The translations under genes were made by a program, and so were the position numbers. Positions 1-9,273 of a DNA stretch of 57,190 nucleotides are shown here, piece by piece. The notes beneath the pieces were generated by a model, which saw only the letters and a list, made by a program, of their open reading frames with translations, made no database searches and had not been told where the DNA came from. The DNA is from a virus. Lineage: Duplodnaviria; Caudoviricetes. The stretch's first letter is position 1. The number at the start of each line of letters is the position of its first letter. The stretch spans positions 1 through 57,190 of the IMG/VR virus record IMGVR_UViG_3300037420_000354; one strand, given 5' to 3'.

Positions 1-2
1 CG

Positions 3-257
3 ATGATTGGGGTGACGACTATGACTGAATGCGGCCAACAAATATTCGGAGGCTGCGATACCGCAACATGCGATCGGTCATGCTCCCGCACCATCACCAT
101 TCACGAACTGCCATCGGTCGCATTCAGACACCGCGATTTAGCCTGGCCGGTGTTTGTCGGCGCGGTCCTGGCACTGGCATCGCTAGGGATCATTGCCGCG
201 GCCAATGTCGGTCTCAGCCGGGCGGAACACGATTATCAAGTTTCTCGGAGGGTTTGA
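3..257 (+). CDS. hypothetical phage protein with a hydrophobic (TM-like) segment; 5' end may be uncertain
   Basis: ORF co-oriented with the early operon; hydrophobic stretch WPVFVGAVLALASLGIIAAA; GGAGG precedes the next gene. Confidence 0.45.
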   Translation: MIGVTTMTECGQQIFGGCDTATCDRSCSRTITIHELPSVAFRHRDLAWPVFVGAVLALASLGIIAAANVGLSRAEHDYQVSRRV

Positions 258-260
258 ACC

Positions 261-1289
261 ATGAATGAAGCTGTTTCAATCGGCGCGCTGGCGTCAAAGA
301 TCGTTGATCCTTGGGCCTTTTGGCAGGCCGCACTGAAGAACCCGTCTGAGATCGGGAAGAGTCTTCCTGTGCACGATGGGGACGCTCGTCAAGGCTATTG
401 GCGCGCGAAGAACCGCGACAAGACTTTTGATCCCGTCGCCATTTTCTACCCTGAAGGTTCCGACACGTTGATAGCCTACCGCGCTGGCCGCGAAGTCAAG
501 CCGGATGAGATTTGGAGCTGGTGCTGCCGATACCCGGTAACGTTCGAAGCATACAATAACGCTGTCGCTGGCAAAGGCTGGCCAGATGACGATGCTGTCG
601 TTGCCGCACAGATCGCGCCGCCAGCGCCGACGATCGGTGACAATTCCGGCGAAGTGGACGATTCTGAAAAACTCAAGGATCAGATCGACGCTGCAATCAA
701 GGGCGTGGATGCCTATGCCCAGATCACCGACGACGAAACGGCGGCAAAGGCTCAGTCACTTCGCAACCGGCTCAATGAGCTATCCGGCGAGGCTGACAAA
801 AAAAGAGACGCCCTGAAACGCCCGCACCTCGACGCCGGCACGAAGATCGACAAGACATGGATGCCGCTTGTAAAGAACGCCAAGGCTGGGGCTGACAAAG
901 TCAAAGCCGCGATGGAGGCATGGGAGACAGAAAAGCTTCGCCAGCGGCGCGAGGAAGAGCGCAGGCAGCAAGAAGATCTGCGCAAGCAGCAAGAGGCCGC
1001 ACTTGCCGCTGCGCCTGTCAGCGGCGATCCTGAGCCGATTGCTGCACCAGTTCCCGAGCCGCCCACCGTCGCCGCGCCGACATCCATTCGCGCCTCTTAC
1101 GGCAAGGCAGCGTCCGTCAAGGCAACCGTCGTTGTCGATGAAGTGACGGATTGGGCAAAGCTCGCCGTCTATATGTCCAGCCATGAAGAATGCCGCACAC
1201 TTCTTCGACAGCTTGCACAACGTGCGCTGGATGCTGGGAGGACGAATATACCGGGGATCACAACAACAGAAATCGCAAAGGTGCGCTGA
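261..1289 (+). CDS. conserved phage hypothetical protein, coiled-coil C-terminal half, in the recombination module
   Basis: 342-aa ORF with SD GGAGG; stop overlaps the next start (TGATG). Confidence 0.7.
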   Translation: MNEAVSIGALASKIVDPWAFWQAALKNPSEIGKSLPVHDGDARQGYWRAKNRDKTFDPVAIFYPEGSDTLIAYRAGREVKPDEIWSWCCRYPVTFEAYNNAVAGKGWPDDDAVVAAQIAPPAPTIGDNSGEVDDSEKLKDQIDAAIKGVDAYAQITDDETAAKAQSLRNRLNELSGEADKKRDALKRPHLDAGTKIDKTWMPLVKNAKAGADKVKAAMEAWETEKLRQRREEERRQQEDLRKQQEAALAAAPVSGDPEPIAAPVPEPPTVAAPTSIRASYGKAASVKATVVVDEVTDWAKLAVYMSSHEECRTLLRQLAQRALDAGRTNIPGITTTEIAKVR

Positions 1290-1468
1290 TGCTTCGGATA
1301 TCGATCTCAATCGCGGCGCCGTGGATTCTATCATGGACGTTCATCTCGACATTCTGCCGGGGCGTAAGAGACGCTGCCTGGTACGCATGGAACGATTGCC
1401 GGATCGAACTTGATCAGATGCGCCGCGCCTTCAAAGCAAACTCGATGAACCATGAGGATTGGTCATGA
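1289..1468 (+). CDS. small hypothetical protein
   Basis: ATG overlaps the upstream stop; AAGGTG upstream; coupled to the next gene. Confidence 0.55.
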   Translation: MLRISISIAAPWILSWTFISTFCRGVRDAAWYAWNDCRIELDQMRRAFKANSMNHEDWS

Positions 1469-1725
1469 CTGACTTGCTTACGCCTGCCCGCGCCATCGCT
1501 GCCGTAAAGTTCAAATGGCAGAAGGAGGGCGATGCCAAAGTCTACGACTACTTCATTCACGAAGGCATGCATTTAAAGCCGGGAGACAAAGTCATCGTGG
1601 CCACGAAGCGCGGAGAGACGACCGTCGAAGTCGTCGCCATCAAGGCCGAATCCGAAATGGCTGAGAAGCAAATCCTCCGTATTGCCGAGGAAGAGCCGAA
1701 GAAGAGCGAGGATATGGATTTCTGA
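1465..1725 (+). CDS. small hypothetical protein (SH3-like beta-barrel motif YDY..LKPGDKVIV)
   Basis: ATGA coupling; GAGG SD. Confidence 0.65.
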   Translation: MTDLLTPARAIAAVKFKWQKEGDAKVYDYFIHEGMHLKPGDKVIVATKRGETTVEVVAIKAESEMAEKQILRIAEEEPKKSEDMDF

Positions 1726-1952
1726 TGATCATCGATCCAAGCCGCGCCGCAGAAGGCGAGCCAATCGTCACACTGAGGATGACCAAGACACAGGCCGAGT
1801 GGGTCAGAGACGGCCTCGCCGATGTCGCTTGCTGGATAAGCGGCTTCAAGGCTGGACTTGGCCCTGATCGATCCTCCGAGGCACCTCTCGGTCATGATGA
1901 GGTGCGTGAGCTCAACATATCCCTGCGCAAAGCAATCGAGGAAGCACGATGA
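1725..1952 (+). CDS. hypothetical protein
   Basis: translationally coupled on both sides. Confidence 0.6.
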   Translation: MIIDPSRAAEGEPIVTLRMTKTQAEWVRDGLADVACWISGFKAGLGPDRSSEAPLGHDEVRELNISLRKAIEEAR

Positions 1953-2515
1953 ACGCTGTCTTTCGAAAAGAGATGGATGTCGACACCCTCCGTCGAGTGA
2001 TCCGCTACAGTGCGCAATCTGGGAAAATTCGTCGCGCTGAAGACGTGCGCGGCGGGAAGCGATCGGCTGGTGTTATCGTCGCAAAGAAAGGCGACGAGGC
2101 TGGAACAGTCAATGCATTCGGGTATGTCGTGCTCAAAATCAATGGGATGGCGTTCCCAGCTCACCGCATCGCATGGGCATATACTTTTGGCGAATGGCCG
2201 GATCATGAGATTGATCATGTAAACGGCGACAAAGCAGACAATCGCATGGACAACCTGCGCCTCGCGGCCAGATCAGAGAACTGCCAGAATGCGGCAATCA
2301 GATCCGATAACACGTCTGGTTACAAGGGGGTGACGTTTAGGAAATCCTCAGGGAAATGGATTGCCCAAATAGCGATCAACGGCAAGCGACTGCATCTTGG
2401 CTGCTTCCCATCCGCAGAGGACGCGGCACATGCTTATGACGCCGCGGCGCGCCAATACCACGGCAAGTTTTGCTGTGTGAATTTCCCTTCACGGAATGAG
2501 AGGCCATCACAATGA
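1949..2515 (+). CDS. HNH homing endonuclease with C-terminal AP2 DNA-binding domain
   Basis: AHRIAW...IDHVNGDKADNRMDNLR (HNH_3) and NTSGYKGV..KWIAQI...HLGCF...AAHAYD (AP2). Confidence 0.9.
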   Translation: MNAVFRKEMDVDTLRRVIRYSAQSGKIRRAEDVRGGKRSAGVIVAKKGDEAGTVNAFGYVVLKINGMAFPAHRIAWAYTFGEWPDHEIDHVNGDKADNRMDNLRLAARSENCQNAAIRSDNTSGYKGVTFRKSSGKWIAQIAINGKRLHLGCFPSAEDAAHAYDAAARQYHGKFCCVNFPSRNERPSQ

Positions 2516-3417
2516 ACGATATCTCGGAATCCCCCCGCCTTCCTGCTCTGCAAGCCGGCGGTTCAGTCAAGGCAATCGTGCCTCAGGATTTTGATGGCGC
2601 ATGGAGAATTGCAAATGCAGTTGTCAAGGCTGGAATGGCCCCGCGCGGTTTAGAGACTGCGGAAAAGGCCATGGTGGCAATAATGCACGGAATGGAAGTT
2701 GGCATGACGCCGATGGCCGCGCTCCAGTCTATCGCCGTTGTCAACGGCCGTCCAACTATATGGGGCGATGGTGCGCTCGGCCTGGTCCAGGGCTCTGGAC
2801 TCATGGAAGCGCACAAAGAGTGGTTCGAAGGCGCGGGCGACACGCGCAAGGCTATCTGCACTGTCAAGCGCAAAGGTGATCCAGAAATCAAAACTGGTGA
2901 GTTCAGCGTTGCCGATGCGAAGAAGGCAAGCCTGTGGGGCAAGGCCGGTCCATGGCAGCAATATCCTGATCGCATGCTTAAGATGCGCGCCCGCGGCTTT
3001 GCGCTGCGTGATGGCTTTTCTGACGTGCTGCGCGGGCTAGGCATTGCCGAAGAAGTTCAAGACATCCAGCCAATACGCGATGTCACACTCCCAATACCCC
3101 CAACACCGCCAGCGCCGCCACGCCCACCGGAGGCGACTCAGCATCGCCAAGAGACGGCAAAGGTCATCGAGCACGATGAGCCGACTATCGAGGAGATGGC
3201 AGAAGCAAACGAAGAAGTTGAGATCAGCGATTCTGATTACTTCCAAGAATTAGAAGACGCCCTTGCGGTCGTTTCTGACATCGCGTCGGCGGAGGAAGTC
3301 TGGAACGACTTCGACCCCCTCGCCCACTTCGAAGGAAAGCCGAACGGTGATGTCAACCAAGGCATCGCGCAGGCTATAAAGAAGCGCGCTTTGAAGCGCA
3401 TCGGAGGCGCATCGTGA
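2512..3417 (+). CDS. RecT-like single-strand annealing recombinase
   Basis: PMAALQSIAVVNGRPTIWGDG and WQQYPDRMLKMRARGFALRDGF motifs typical of phage RecT-family proteins. Confidence 0.75.
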   Translation: MNDISESPRLPALQAGGSVKAIVPQDFDGAWRIANAVVKAGMAPRGLETAEKAMVAIMHGMEVGMTPMAALQSIAVVNGRPTIWGDGALGLVQGSGLMEAHKEWFEGAGDTRKAICTVKRKGDPEIKTGEFSVADAKKASLWGKAGPWQQYPDRMLKMRARGFALRDGFSDVLRGLGIAEEVQDIQPIRDVTLPIPPTPPAPPRPPEATQHRQETAKVIEHDEPTIEEMAEANEEVEISDSDYFQELEDALAVVSDIASAEEVWNDFDPLAHFEGKPNGDVNQGIAQAIKKRALKRIGGAS

Positions 3418-4451
3418 ACGCCGCGAAGCACCTCCCTCCACCTCTGAAAATGAAGGTTTCCCACGGTCATCTTGTCCCGGCAACCGCCTACGACCAAGAG
3501 CGGCTTGATTCATTCAGGCAGGGTAGCACAGTATCCGTGAGGTTCACTGCAGACCGCATGCGCCCGCTGGAGCGCAAATACCGCGCGATCCTTGGCAAGG
3601 TAGTCAAGGAATGCAAAACGCCATGGACGAACGCGGAAGCCGCGCACCAGGCCATTAAGCTTGCTTGCGGCATCGTCAACGTCAGCAAGACGGCTGGAGG
3701 CCAGTTCTTCCAGTATCCCCGCTCGCTTGTCGATCTGGATGACAAGGAAATGGAGGAATACTTCAACGACGCGATGGCGCTGCTTGAGCGCCTGACGGGC
3801 GTGGACGTTGAGACGCTTAAGCGTGAAACCGCACATGTCGACGCCGAAGATGACGAGATCATAGATCCGCAAACAGGCGAGATTACCAATCCCGGCAAGG
3901 ACACCCCCTCCTCCGATGCCGGCGATGATGATGCCTCACCTTCCGTCCAGGCATCATCAACAGAGCCAGAAGATTCGGCCAAGTCCTCCGCCGATACTGG
4001 CTCAAACGAAGAGTCCGCCGTTAGTCCGTCCCCCAACACACCCGCGCTGGCGGCGGGCTCTTCTTCCCAATCACAATTGCCAGATCAGGGCCGTCCTGAT
4101 CTCGGCAAGGAACCGGCGTCCCCGTCCCTCCCTCAGCATGGCGCCGGTTCTCTTTTCTCGCTGTCGGTCGATGACGCTGAACTGCAGCACCTCATCGACT
4201 TCGCCCGGAAGGGCCTGAGCGAGGCATCCGCCGACAAGGATGCGCCGGCCAAGCACGTCTTCGTGGAGAATATGCGCCTCAACTATCTCGACGCGGTGGA
4301 AAGCAAAGATGGCCGCGGCTGCATCGAGGCCATTTCCAAGGCGCTGTCGGCTGTCATCAGCGGCAAGCGCTCGGCGGAACAGGCGGCAGACTATATCGCT
4401 CGGGATGTGCTCGACTGCGATGTCAACGAATTGGAGATGCACCATGTTTGA
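3414..4451 (+). CDS. DUF1367/NinB-like recombination-associated protein with low-complexity linker
   Basis: N-terminal RKYRAIL...IKLACG...PRSL..LD..EMEEYFN pattern; position next to the recombinase. Confidence 0.55.
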   Translation: MNAAKHLPPPLKMKVSHGHLVPATAYDQERLDSFRQGSTVSVRFTADRMRPLERKYRAILGKVVKECKTPWTNAEAAHQAIKLACGIVNVSKTAGGQFFQYPRSLVDLDDKEMEEYFNDAMALLERLTGVDVETLKRETAHVDAEDDEIIDPQTGEITNPGKDTPSSDAGDDDASPSVQASSTEPEDSAKSSADTGSNEESAVSPSPNTPALAAGSSSQSQLPDQGRPDLGKEPASPSLPQHGAGSLFSLSVDDAELQHLIDFARKGLSEASADKDAPAKHVFVENMRLNYLDAVESKDGRGCIEAISKALSAVISGKRSAEQAADYIARDVLDCDVNELEMHHV

Positions 4452-4860
4452 TCGCTCATTCTTCATCGGTGGCGGGCATGAAACCCATGCGCATCACACC
4501 ACCATTGAGGAGAACCGCGCTCCAACTGACGAGAGCGTGAGGATTCTCATGGAATTGGAACAGGCCGCACGCAACAAGATCGATGCCTCTTACCGGCTAA
4601 ACGACAACGGCTTTGAATGCGTCATCCAGTTGTTCTACGAGCCGGAAACCGGCGATACACATGCACGCGTCATATTCAGTCTCAACGGCAGGAAGTGCGA
4701 AGCCAATCACACTCATAGGCAATGGGATGACATCGCCGCATTCGGCAAGGCTGTTCACAAAGCAGTGTCCGACAGGATCGCTGAGGAATGCCTGACGGAA
4801 TTGACAGCGCGAGTGCACCGCGATGCTTCGTATCTCCTCGCTCGGAAAGGCGGTGCGTGA
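4444..4860 (+). CDS. hypothetical protein (EENRAPTDESVRILME motif)
   Basis: GGAG SD before ATG 4444; coupled. Confidence 0.6.
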   Translation: MFDRSFFIGGGHETHAHHTTIEENRAPTDESVRILMELEQAARNKIDASYRLNDNGFECVIQLFYEPETGDTHARVIFSLNGRKCEANHTHRQWDDIAAFGKAVHKAVSDRIAEECLTELTARVHRDASYLLARKGGA

Positions 4861-5111
4861 TGTCCATCTTTGACAAGGAAATGCAGAAGGCACTTGAAGC
4901 CGATGGTGAAAAGCTACGGCAGATGACTGGCGAAGATCACGGTCCGTACTTCTTCAACTTCGAGGAAGAGGACGCCGAGTGCTGGGATTGCGGTGGCGAA
5001 GGCGTTGTCTACGACTGCTTCGAGGAATGGGCTTGCGTCGATCCTGAAAGTGGATGTGACGAGTGCATGCGTCGTTGCGATGTCTGCCATGGAAAGCGGG
5101 TGCTGAAATGA
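4860..5111 (+). CDS. small Cys-rich zinc-finger protein (CxxCxGxG-like)
   Basis: CWDCGGEG...CDEC...CDVCHGK. Confidence 0.6.
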   Translation: MSIFDKEMQKALEADGEKLRQMTGEDHGPYFFNFEEEDAECWDCGGEGVVYDCFEEWACVDPESGCDECMRRCDVCHGKRVLK

Positions 5112-5314
5112 ATTCCATTATCCGCAAAACCCTCCGCGCTTGGCAATCCTGGCGCCGCCGCAAGGCACTGTATCGCCAATGCCCAGAGCTTCGATACTTC
5201 GACCAGAGCGAGGCCGCGGCCAAGCGCAGCCATAGGCCAGTTGCTCATATCAGGGCGGCGCGGCAGGCGGCTATGACATCGCTGCTGGCGGGGAAAGGGA
5301 GGGCTGCGTCTTGA
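5108..5314 (+). CDS. small basic hypothetical protein
   Basis: ATGA overlap. Confidence 0.5.
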   Translation: MNSIIRKTLRAWQSWRRRKALYRQCPELRYFDQSEAAAKRSHRPVAHIRAARQAAMTSLLAGKGRAAS

Positions 5315-5760
5315 CTTCCGATCACGAATACCACGGCCACGTCACCATGAGCGACGGCAGCCATGTCAAGTTGTCATGCGATGAGGCAAAGGCCATTTTG
5401 GACAGCATAGAGCGTTCCCAGGCTGAACGCGCCGAAAGGATGCCGGATACCTATGCGGCACTCTCTGCGCTCTGCAGCGCCGCGGAAAGGCTCAAGGAAT
5501 TGGGCTGGCACGATAGCCGCTATTGCCCACGCGAGGGACGGTTTGCCGTCTGCGAAATCGGCTCGACGGGGATTTGGTCAGCCAGCCGCTGGGACACCTA
5601 CATCCACTACGGCGACAGCGTCAGTTCCCCAGGCAGTCACATGTTATGGAAGGCGCTCGACAAACTGGACTCCGCCGAAAAAGCCACAATGGCCGAATGC
5701 GCCAAGTCAGACGCCGAATATATCGACAGACTCGGCAGATCGTTCGGGGAGGCGGATTGA
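5311..5760 (+). CDS. hypothetical phage protein
   Basis: GGGAGG SD; coupled. Confidence 0.6.
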   Translation: MTSDHEYHGHVTMSDGSHVKLSCDEAKAILDSIERSQAERAERMPDTYAALSALCSAAERLKELGWHDSRYCPREGRFAVCEIGSTGIWSASRWDTYIHYGDSVSSPGSHMLWKALDKLDSAEKATMAECAKSDAEYIDRLGRSFGEAD

Positions 5761-5957
5761 TGTCAGAACCCCGCACCAAGCTACAGCGCGATGCCGATAG
5801 CCTTGATCTCCAAGTTTTCAGGCTAATAGGCGCGCTTGAGCAATTCTCGGTAGACTATCGCGAGCAAGGCGCGGTCGCTATGGCGCGCGAAATCAAAATG
5901 CTTCGCCATGTAATCCGCAGGCACATGCACCCCAAGGATCAGGAGGCGACATCGTGA
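5760..5957 (+). CDS. small hypothetical protein
   Basis: TGATG overlap; GGAGG SD. Confidence 0.55.
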   Translation: MSEPRTKLQRDADSLDLQVFRLIGALEQFSVDYREQGAVAMAREIKMLRHVIRRHMHPKDQEATS

Positions 5958-6358
5958 GCCGGCGTGAGTTCTCCAAAGCAACAAAAAGGCTGGCGCTCAA
6001 ACGCTCCGGTTTTCTCTGCGAGGCAGTCGGCGCAATGTATAATCTCCCTGTCGGCAAGCGCTGCAACAGCCCGCTCGGAAGCGGCGTCGAATACGATCAC
6101 ATCGTTCTCGAAGCTAACAGCCACGACAATAGCTTAGAGAATTGCGCCGCCGTCTGCATCAAATGCCACCGCTGGAAATCAGCAAAACATGACACGCCCA
6201 TGGCCGCGAAGACCGTTCGGATGCAGGACAAGTTCAACGGCATCGAGCGCAAGAAGGCACCTATCCACAGCGCTGGATTTCCGCAAAAGCCGAAGGCGGG
6301 CAAGATACCTGTGCCGCCACCCAAATCCCTGTTCAAGCCAGCCGAGGAACGGACATGA
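5954..6358 (+). CDS. HNH endonuclease (Cys-containing phage type)
   Basis: RREFS..K..A..R..FLCE...VEYDHIV...NSLENCAAVCIKCHRWK. Confidence 0.85.
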   Translation: MSRREFSKATKRLALKRSGFLCEAVGAMYNLPVGKRCNSPLGSGVEYDHIVLEANSHDNSLENCAAVCIKCHRWKSAKHDTPMAAKTVRMQDKFNGIERKKAPIHSAGFPQKPKAGKIPVPPPKSLFKPAEERT

Positions 6359-6585
6359 GCCAACCGATGGAAATCAAGATTATGCTGCTCGTGGGCAGCA
6401 ACGGCAAATCTTCGTGCTGCGTCGAAGGCCAGATGGGCTGGGGCGACCTAGCTGACAATATCGCCGATTGGCACGGCAGCAAATGCATAGATCCAGAAGC
6501 AACATCGCGACATATCGTCACCGTAAGCATTCCGAAGCCCGCCATTGCTCAAATTGAGCCTGTTTCGGTCGAGGTGCAGCCATGA
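6355..6585 (+). CDS. hypothetical protein
   Basis: ATGA overlaps; GAGG SD. Confidence 0.55.
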   Translation: MSQPMEIKIMLLVGSNGKSSCCVEGQMGWGDLADNIADWHGSKCIDPEATSRHIVTVSIPKPAIAQIEPVSVEVQP

Positions 6586-7268
6586 CATACCTCCCCGACA
6601 TCATCGCCGATATCCGCAAGGCTATGGAAGGCGCAACGCCTGGCCCATGGGGATATTTCTCAAACGAATCCGCGCCAACGTCTACTATGACAGGCGGTCT
6701 TCCTGCGGCTATGGTTACAGGCCCTAGGCAGCGTGCATTCGGCAAGGCAAACGCATTCACGCCAGAAGATGCCGCCTATATCGCCGCCTGCAATCCATCC
6801 AACATCGCCGCAGTGCTGGACGCGCTGGAGAAGGCAGAGGCGGGACGAGACGCCTCAAAAGAGGAAGCCAGCCTGGCTTGGTCATCTGACGAGCATCAGG
6901 CCGTGTGGGCGGAGTTGAAGGCACGAGCCGAAGCCGCCGAAAAGGCGCGAGACGAAGCCAATCGGCGATGGTCCGAAGTTTGCGCCGACTTCATTTCGCT
7001 CCAGAAGGCCATCGTTGGCGACAGCGGGCTATCTGCCATCCTCCGCGTCGACGCTTTGAAATCCGCCGAAGCCGCGCTCAAGGAAGCGGTTGAGCTTCTG
7101 AGACCGTTTGCAGATGACGCGCGCGAGATATCGGAATTTATCCCTGACGACACCCCGTTTTCGATGGACGGCTTTCCGATGCTTGGATTCGCTGATTTTA
7201 ACGTCGGCCATCTCCGCGCCGCCCGCCGCTTTATCGAAGCCCACACAGGAGTGGAAGATGCAGAATGA
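6582..7268 (+). CDS. Ead/Ea22-like mosaic protein
   Basis: ATPGPW...DAAYIAACNP N-terminal motif followed by coiled coil. Confidence 0.6.
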   Translation: MTYLPDIIADIRKAMEGATPGPWGYFSNESAPTSTMTGGLPAAMVTGPRQRAFGKANAFTPEDAAYIAACNPSNIAAVLDALEKAEAGRDASKEEASLAWSSDEHQAVWAELKARAEAAEKARDEANRRWSEVCADFISLQKAIVGDSGLSAILRVDALKSAEAALKEAVELLRPFADDAREISEFIPDDTPFSMDGFPMLGFADFNVGHLRAARRFIEAHTGVEDAE

Positions 7269-7551
7269 CATCTATCCTGGCATCCGTAGAGCCGCGCTAG
7301 CCATTTCCTACGACAACGGCGGAATCAACATCATCCGATCAGAAAAGCAAATGCTGCGTGAATTCGCGCTTTTCCTTGAACGGCAACCAGCGGAAATCCT
7401 AGCAAATATCGACGCATGGCTTTCATCGCTATCAGATGATGATCTCAATACGATTTGTTGCGGCGATGTGTCTGAGGCTGATCAGCTGCTCCGGGACGCG
7501 CCAGTCTTTACCGATGGGCTGCTCAACGACTTTTTCAATGAGGTTTGCTGA
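7258..7551 (+). CDS. hypothetical protein
   Basis: AGGAG SD; overlaps the upstream gene end. Confidence 0.55.
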   Translation: MQNDIYPGIRRAALAISYDNGGINIIRSEKQMLREFALFLERQPAEILANIDAWLSSLSDDDLNTICCGDVSEADQLLRDAPVFTDGLLNDFFNEVC

Positions 7552-7552
7552 C

Positions 7553-8407
7553 ATGATCACCATTGACCAACTCGCCCAAGAAATCCGCCGCGTTGATGGC
7601 AACCACTCCATTGGTGCTGTAGCGCTTGCTGAAAAGCTGATGCCGTTCATTGAGGCAGCCCTTGCCGCAGCGCCAGCAGTGGCGGTGGCTATCAAGCCGC
7701 TGGAGTGGGTTGAGCACGGTGACGATGCCTTTGAATGGCACAGAGCCATCCCGCCTGTCGGAAACCGCTACAACATTGAGGATGACGGATTTTCAGCTAA
7801 GAGGTTGACGCTCACTGTCGGCCAACTGGTCATCGGGAACTTTGAAAAACTCGAAACCGCCAAGTCCGCCGCCCAATCACACTACGAAGCCGCTATCCGT
7901 TCCGCGCTTGTGCCGGTGGCTGCGGAGCCGGTGGCGCGCGTTGACGTTTCCTATGGGACCGATGGGCTAATTATCGCGTCCTTCATACCCAGCACATTGC
8001 CCATAGGAACGCTTCTGTACGCCTCGCCAGTCACACAGGCGGCGGATGTGCCGGACGGGTGGAAACTTGTGCCGGCAGACCCTACGCCGGAGATGCAAGC
8101 CGCCGGATTCAAAGCACTCGGCTCAGATCGAGAATGTGCGTGCGATCAATATGATTGCTACCTTGCGATGATTGCCGCAGCACCGACGCCAGAAGCGGAT
8201 GGCGACGGCTTCCCTCCCTTCAAACCATGCATCCACGTCAACGAACTAGCTGGCGTAGCCGAGATGATCCTGGAGGATGTGCCGACAATCACCGGGCAGG
8301 AAATGACAGTACGGCCGCTCCTGCGAATGAGCAACGATCGGGATATCGTCGGGTTTCAGTGGGACGTGCTGGCCCTTGCCGAGAACACGGGAGGCGAGAA
8401 GCCATGA
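7553..8407 (+). CDS. Eaa-like mosaic hypothetical protein
   Basis: IKPLEW, AEPVA, PDGWKLVP..PTPEM and YLAMIAAAP modules common in phage mosaic proteins; GAGG SD. Confidence 0.6.
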   Translation: MITIDQLAQEIRRVDGNHSIGAVALAEKLMPFIEAALAAAPAVAVAIKPLEWVEHGDDAFEWHRAIPPVGNRYNIEDDGFSAKRLTLTVGQLVIGNFEKLETAKSAAQSHYEAAIRSALVPVAAEPVARVDVSYGTDGLIIASFIPSTLPIGTLLYASPVTQAADVPDGWKLVPADPTPEMQAAGFKALGSDRECACDQYDCYLAMIAAAPTPEADGDGFPPFKPCIHVNELAGVAEMILEDVPTITGQEMTVRPLLRMSNDRDIVGFQWDVLALAENTGGEKP

Positions 8408-8640
8408 GCGGATATGTCTACGATCCAACGTCACCATTTCACAAACTTTGGCAGGACGAGCTAGGCCAAATACGCGTCATATGCGAGCCGAGCCAGGGCT
8501 ACGTCATGGTGCGCCGTCCCGGTGCCATGCCGTTCGTCGTCAGCGTCCACTATCTGCTCTCCGGCAAGCAATACCAGCCGGTAGTCAAGACTAAAGCTAA
8601 GTCGGCGCGCGCCGCTTTGCCGGGAGGTGGCGGCAAATGA
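8404..8640 (+). CDS. hypothetical protein
   Basis: GGAGG SD; ATGA overlap. Confidence 0.55.
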   Translation: MSGYVYDPTSPFHKLWQDELGQIRVICEPSQGYVMVRRPGAMPFVVSVHYLLSGKQYQPVVKTKAKSARAALPGGGGK

Positions 8641-8816
8641 ACCTCACCACCCCACAGCGAGACTATCTCGAACTCCTCACCGAGCGCCCGTCTAACAAGC
8701 CGACAACGCCACGCAACTGGTGGAGGCGACTGCGAGACGACAACTGTTTCGATGTGATCGGCAACAGCGTCTATATCAACGACACGGGGCGGGAAGTACT
8801 GGAGCGGCGCGGATGA
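8637..8816 (+). CDS. 59-aa hypothetical protein (not in ORF track)
   Basis: GGAGGT SD; ATGA overlaps at both ends; MNLTTPQRDYLELL... Confidence 0.55.
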   Translation: MNLTTPQRDYLELLTERPSNKPTTPRNWWRRLRDDNCFDVIGNSVYINDTGREVLERRG

Positions 8817-8884
8817 CCATAGCCACCCTCAATATCCGCACGAGCCCGCGCCGTATGCTTTCCTTGCGCGAGGTGGAAGGATGA
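8813..8884 (+). pseudogene. 23-codon stub, possible truncated excisionase-like gene
   Basis: MTIATLNIRTSPRRMLSLREVEG* coupled to both neighbours; PRRML..RE resembles an HTH Xis N-terminus. Confidence 0.35.
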
Positions 8885-9273
8885 TGGACATCGATCCTAA
8901 CGCACCGATCCGGTTAGCGGACATTATCCCTATCGCATTCCCAAGAGGCGGCATGACGACAAGCGGCTTGCGCAAAGAGGCGAAACGCGGTCATCTTACG
9001 ATTTTGCGCATGGCTGGCAAGGATTGGACGACGCTGGCATACATTGAGGAAATGAAGATTAAATGCCGCGCGCCAAGCTCCCCGCAAGACTCTGGCTCCG
9101 CCCAGCAGATGAAAACCGTTCGGCAGTCTGGATCATCATCGACGGGGGAAAACAAACAAGCACTGGATTCGGCCTGGGAGATCGTGAACAGGCTGAAGGG
9201 GAACTCGCCAAATACCTTGCCAACAAATTCTCGGAAAAGCCAAAAACAAAGCATCGATCGGCATCAGAGGTAA
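8881..9273 (+). CDS. xis: excisionase-like protein
   Basis: immediately upstream of and overlapping int; PIRLA...GGMTTSGLRKEAKRGHL..RMAGKDWTTL winged-helix-like pattern. Confidence 0.6.
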   Translation: MMDIDPNAPIRLADIIPIAFPRGGMTTSGLRKEAKRGHLTILRMAGKDWTTLAYIEEMKIKCRAPSSPQDSGSAQQMKTVRQSGSSSTGENKQALDSAWEIVNRLKGNSPNTLPTNSRKSQKQSIDRHQR

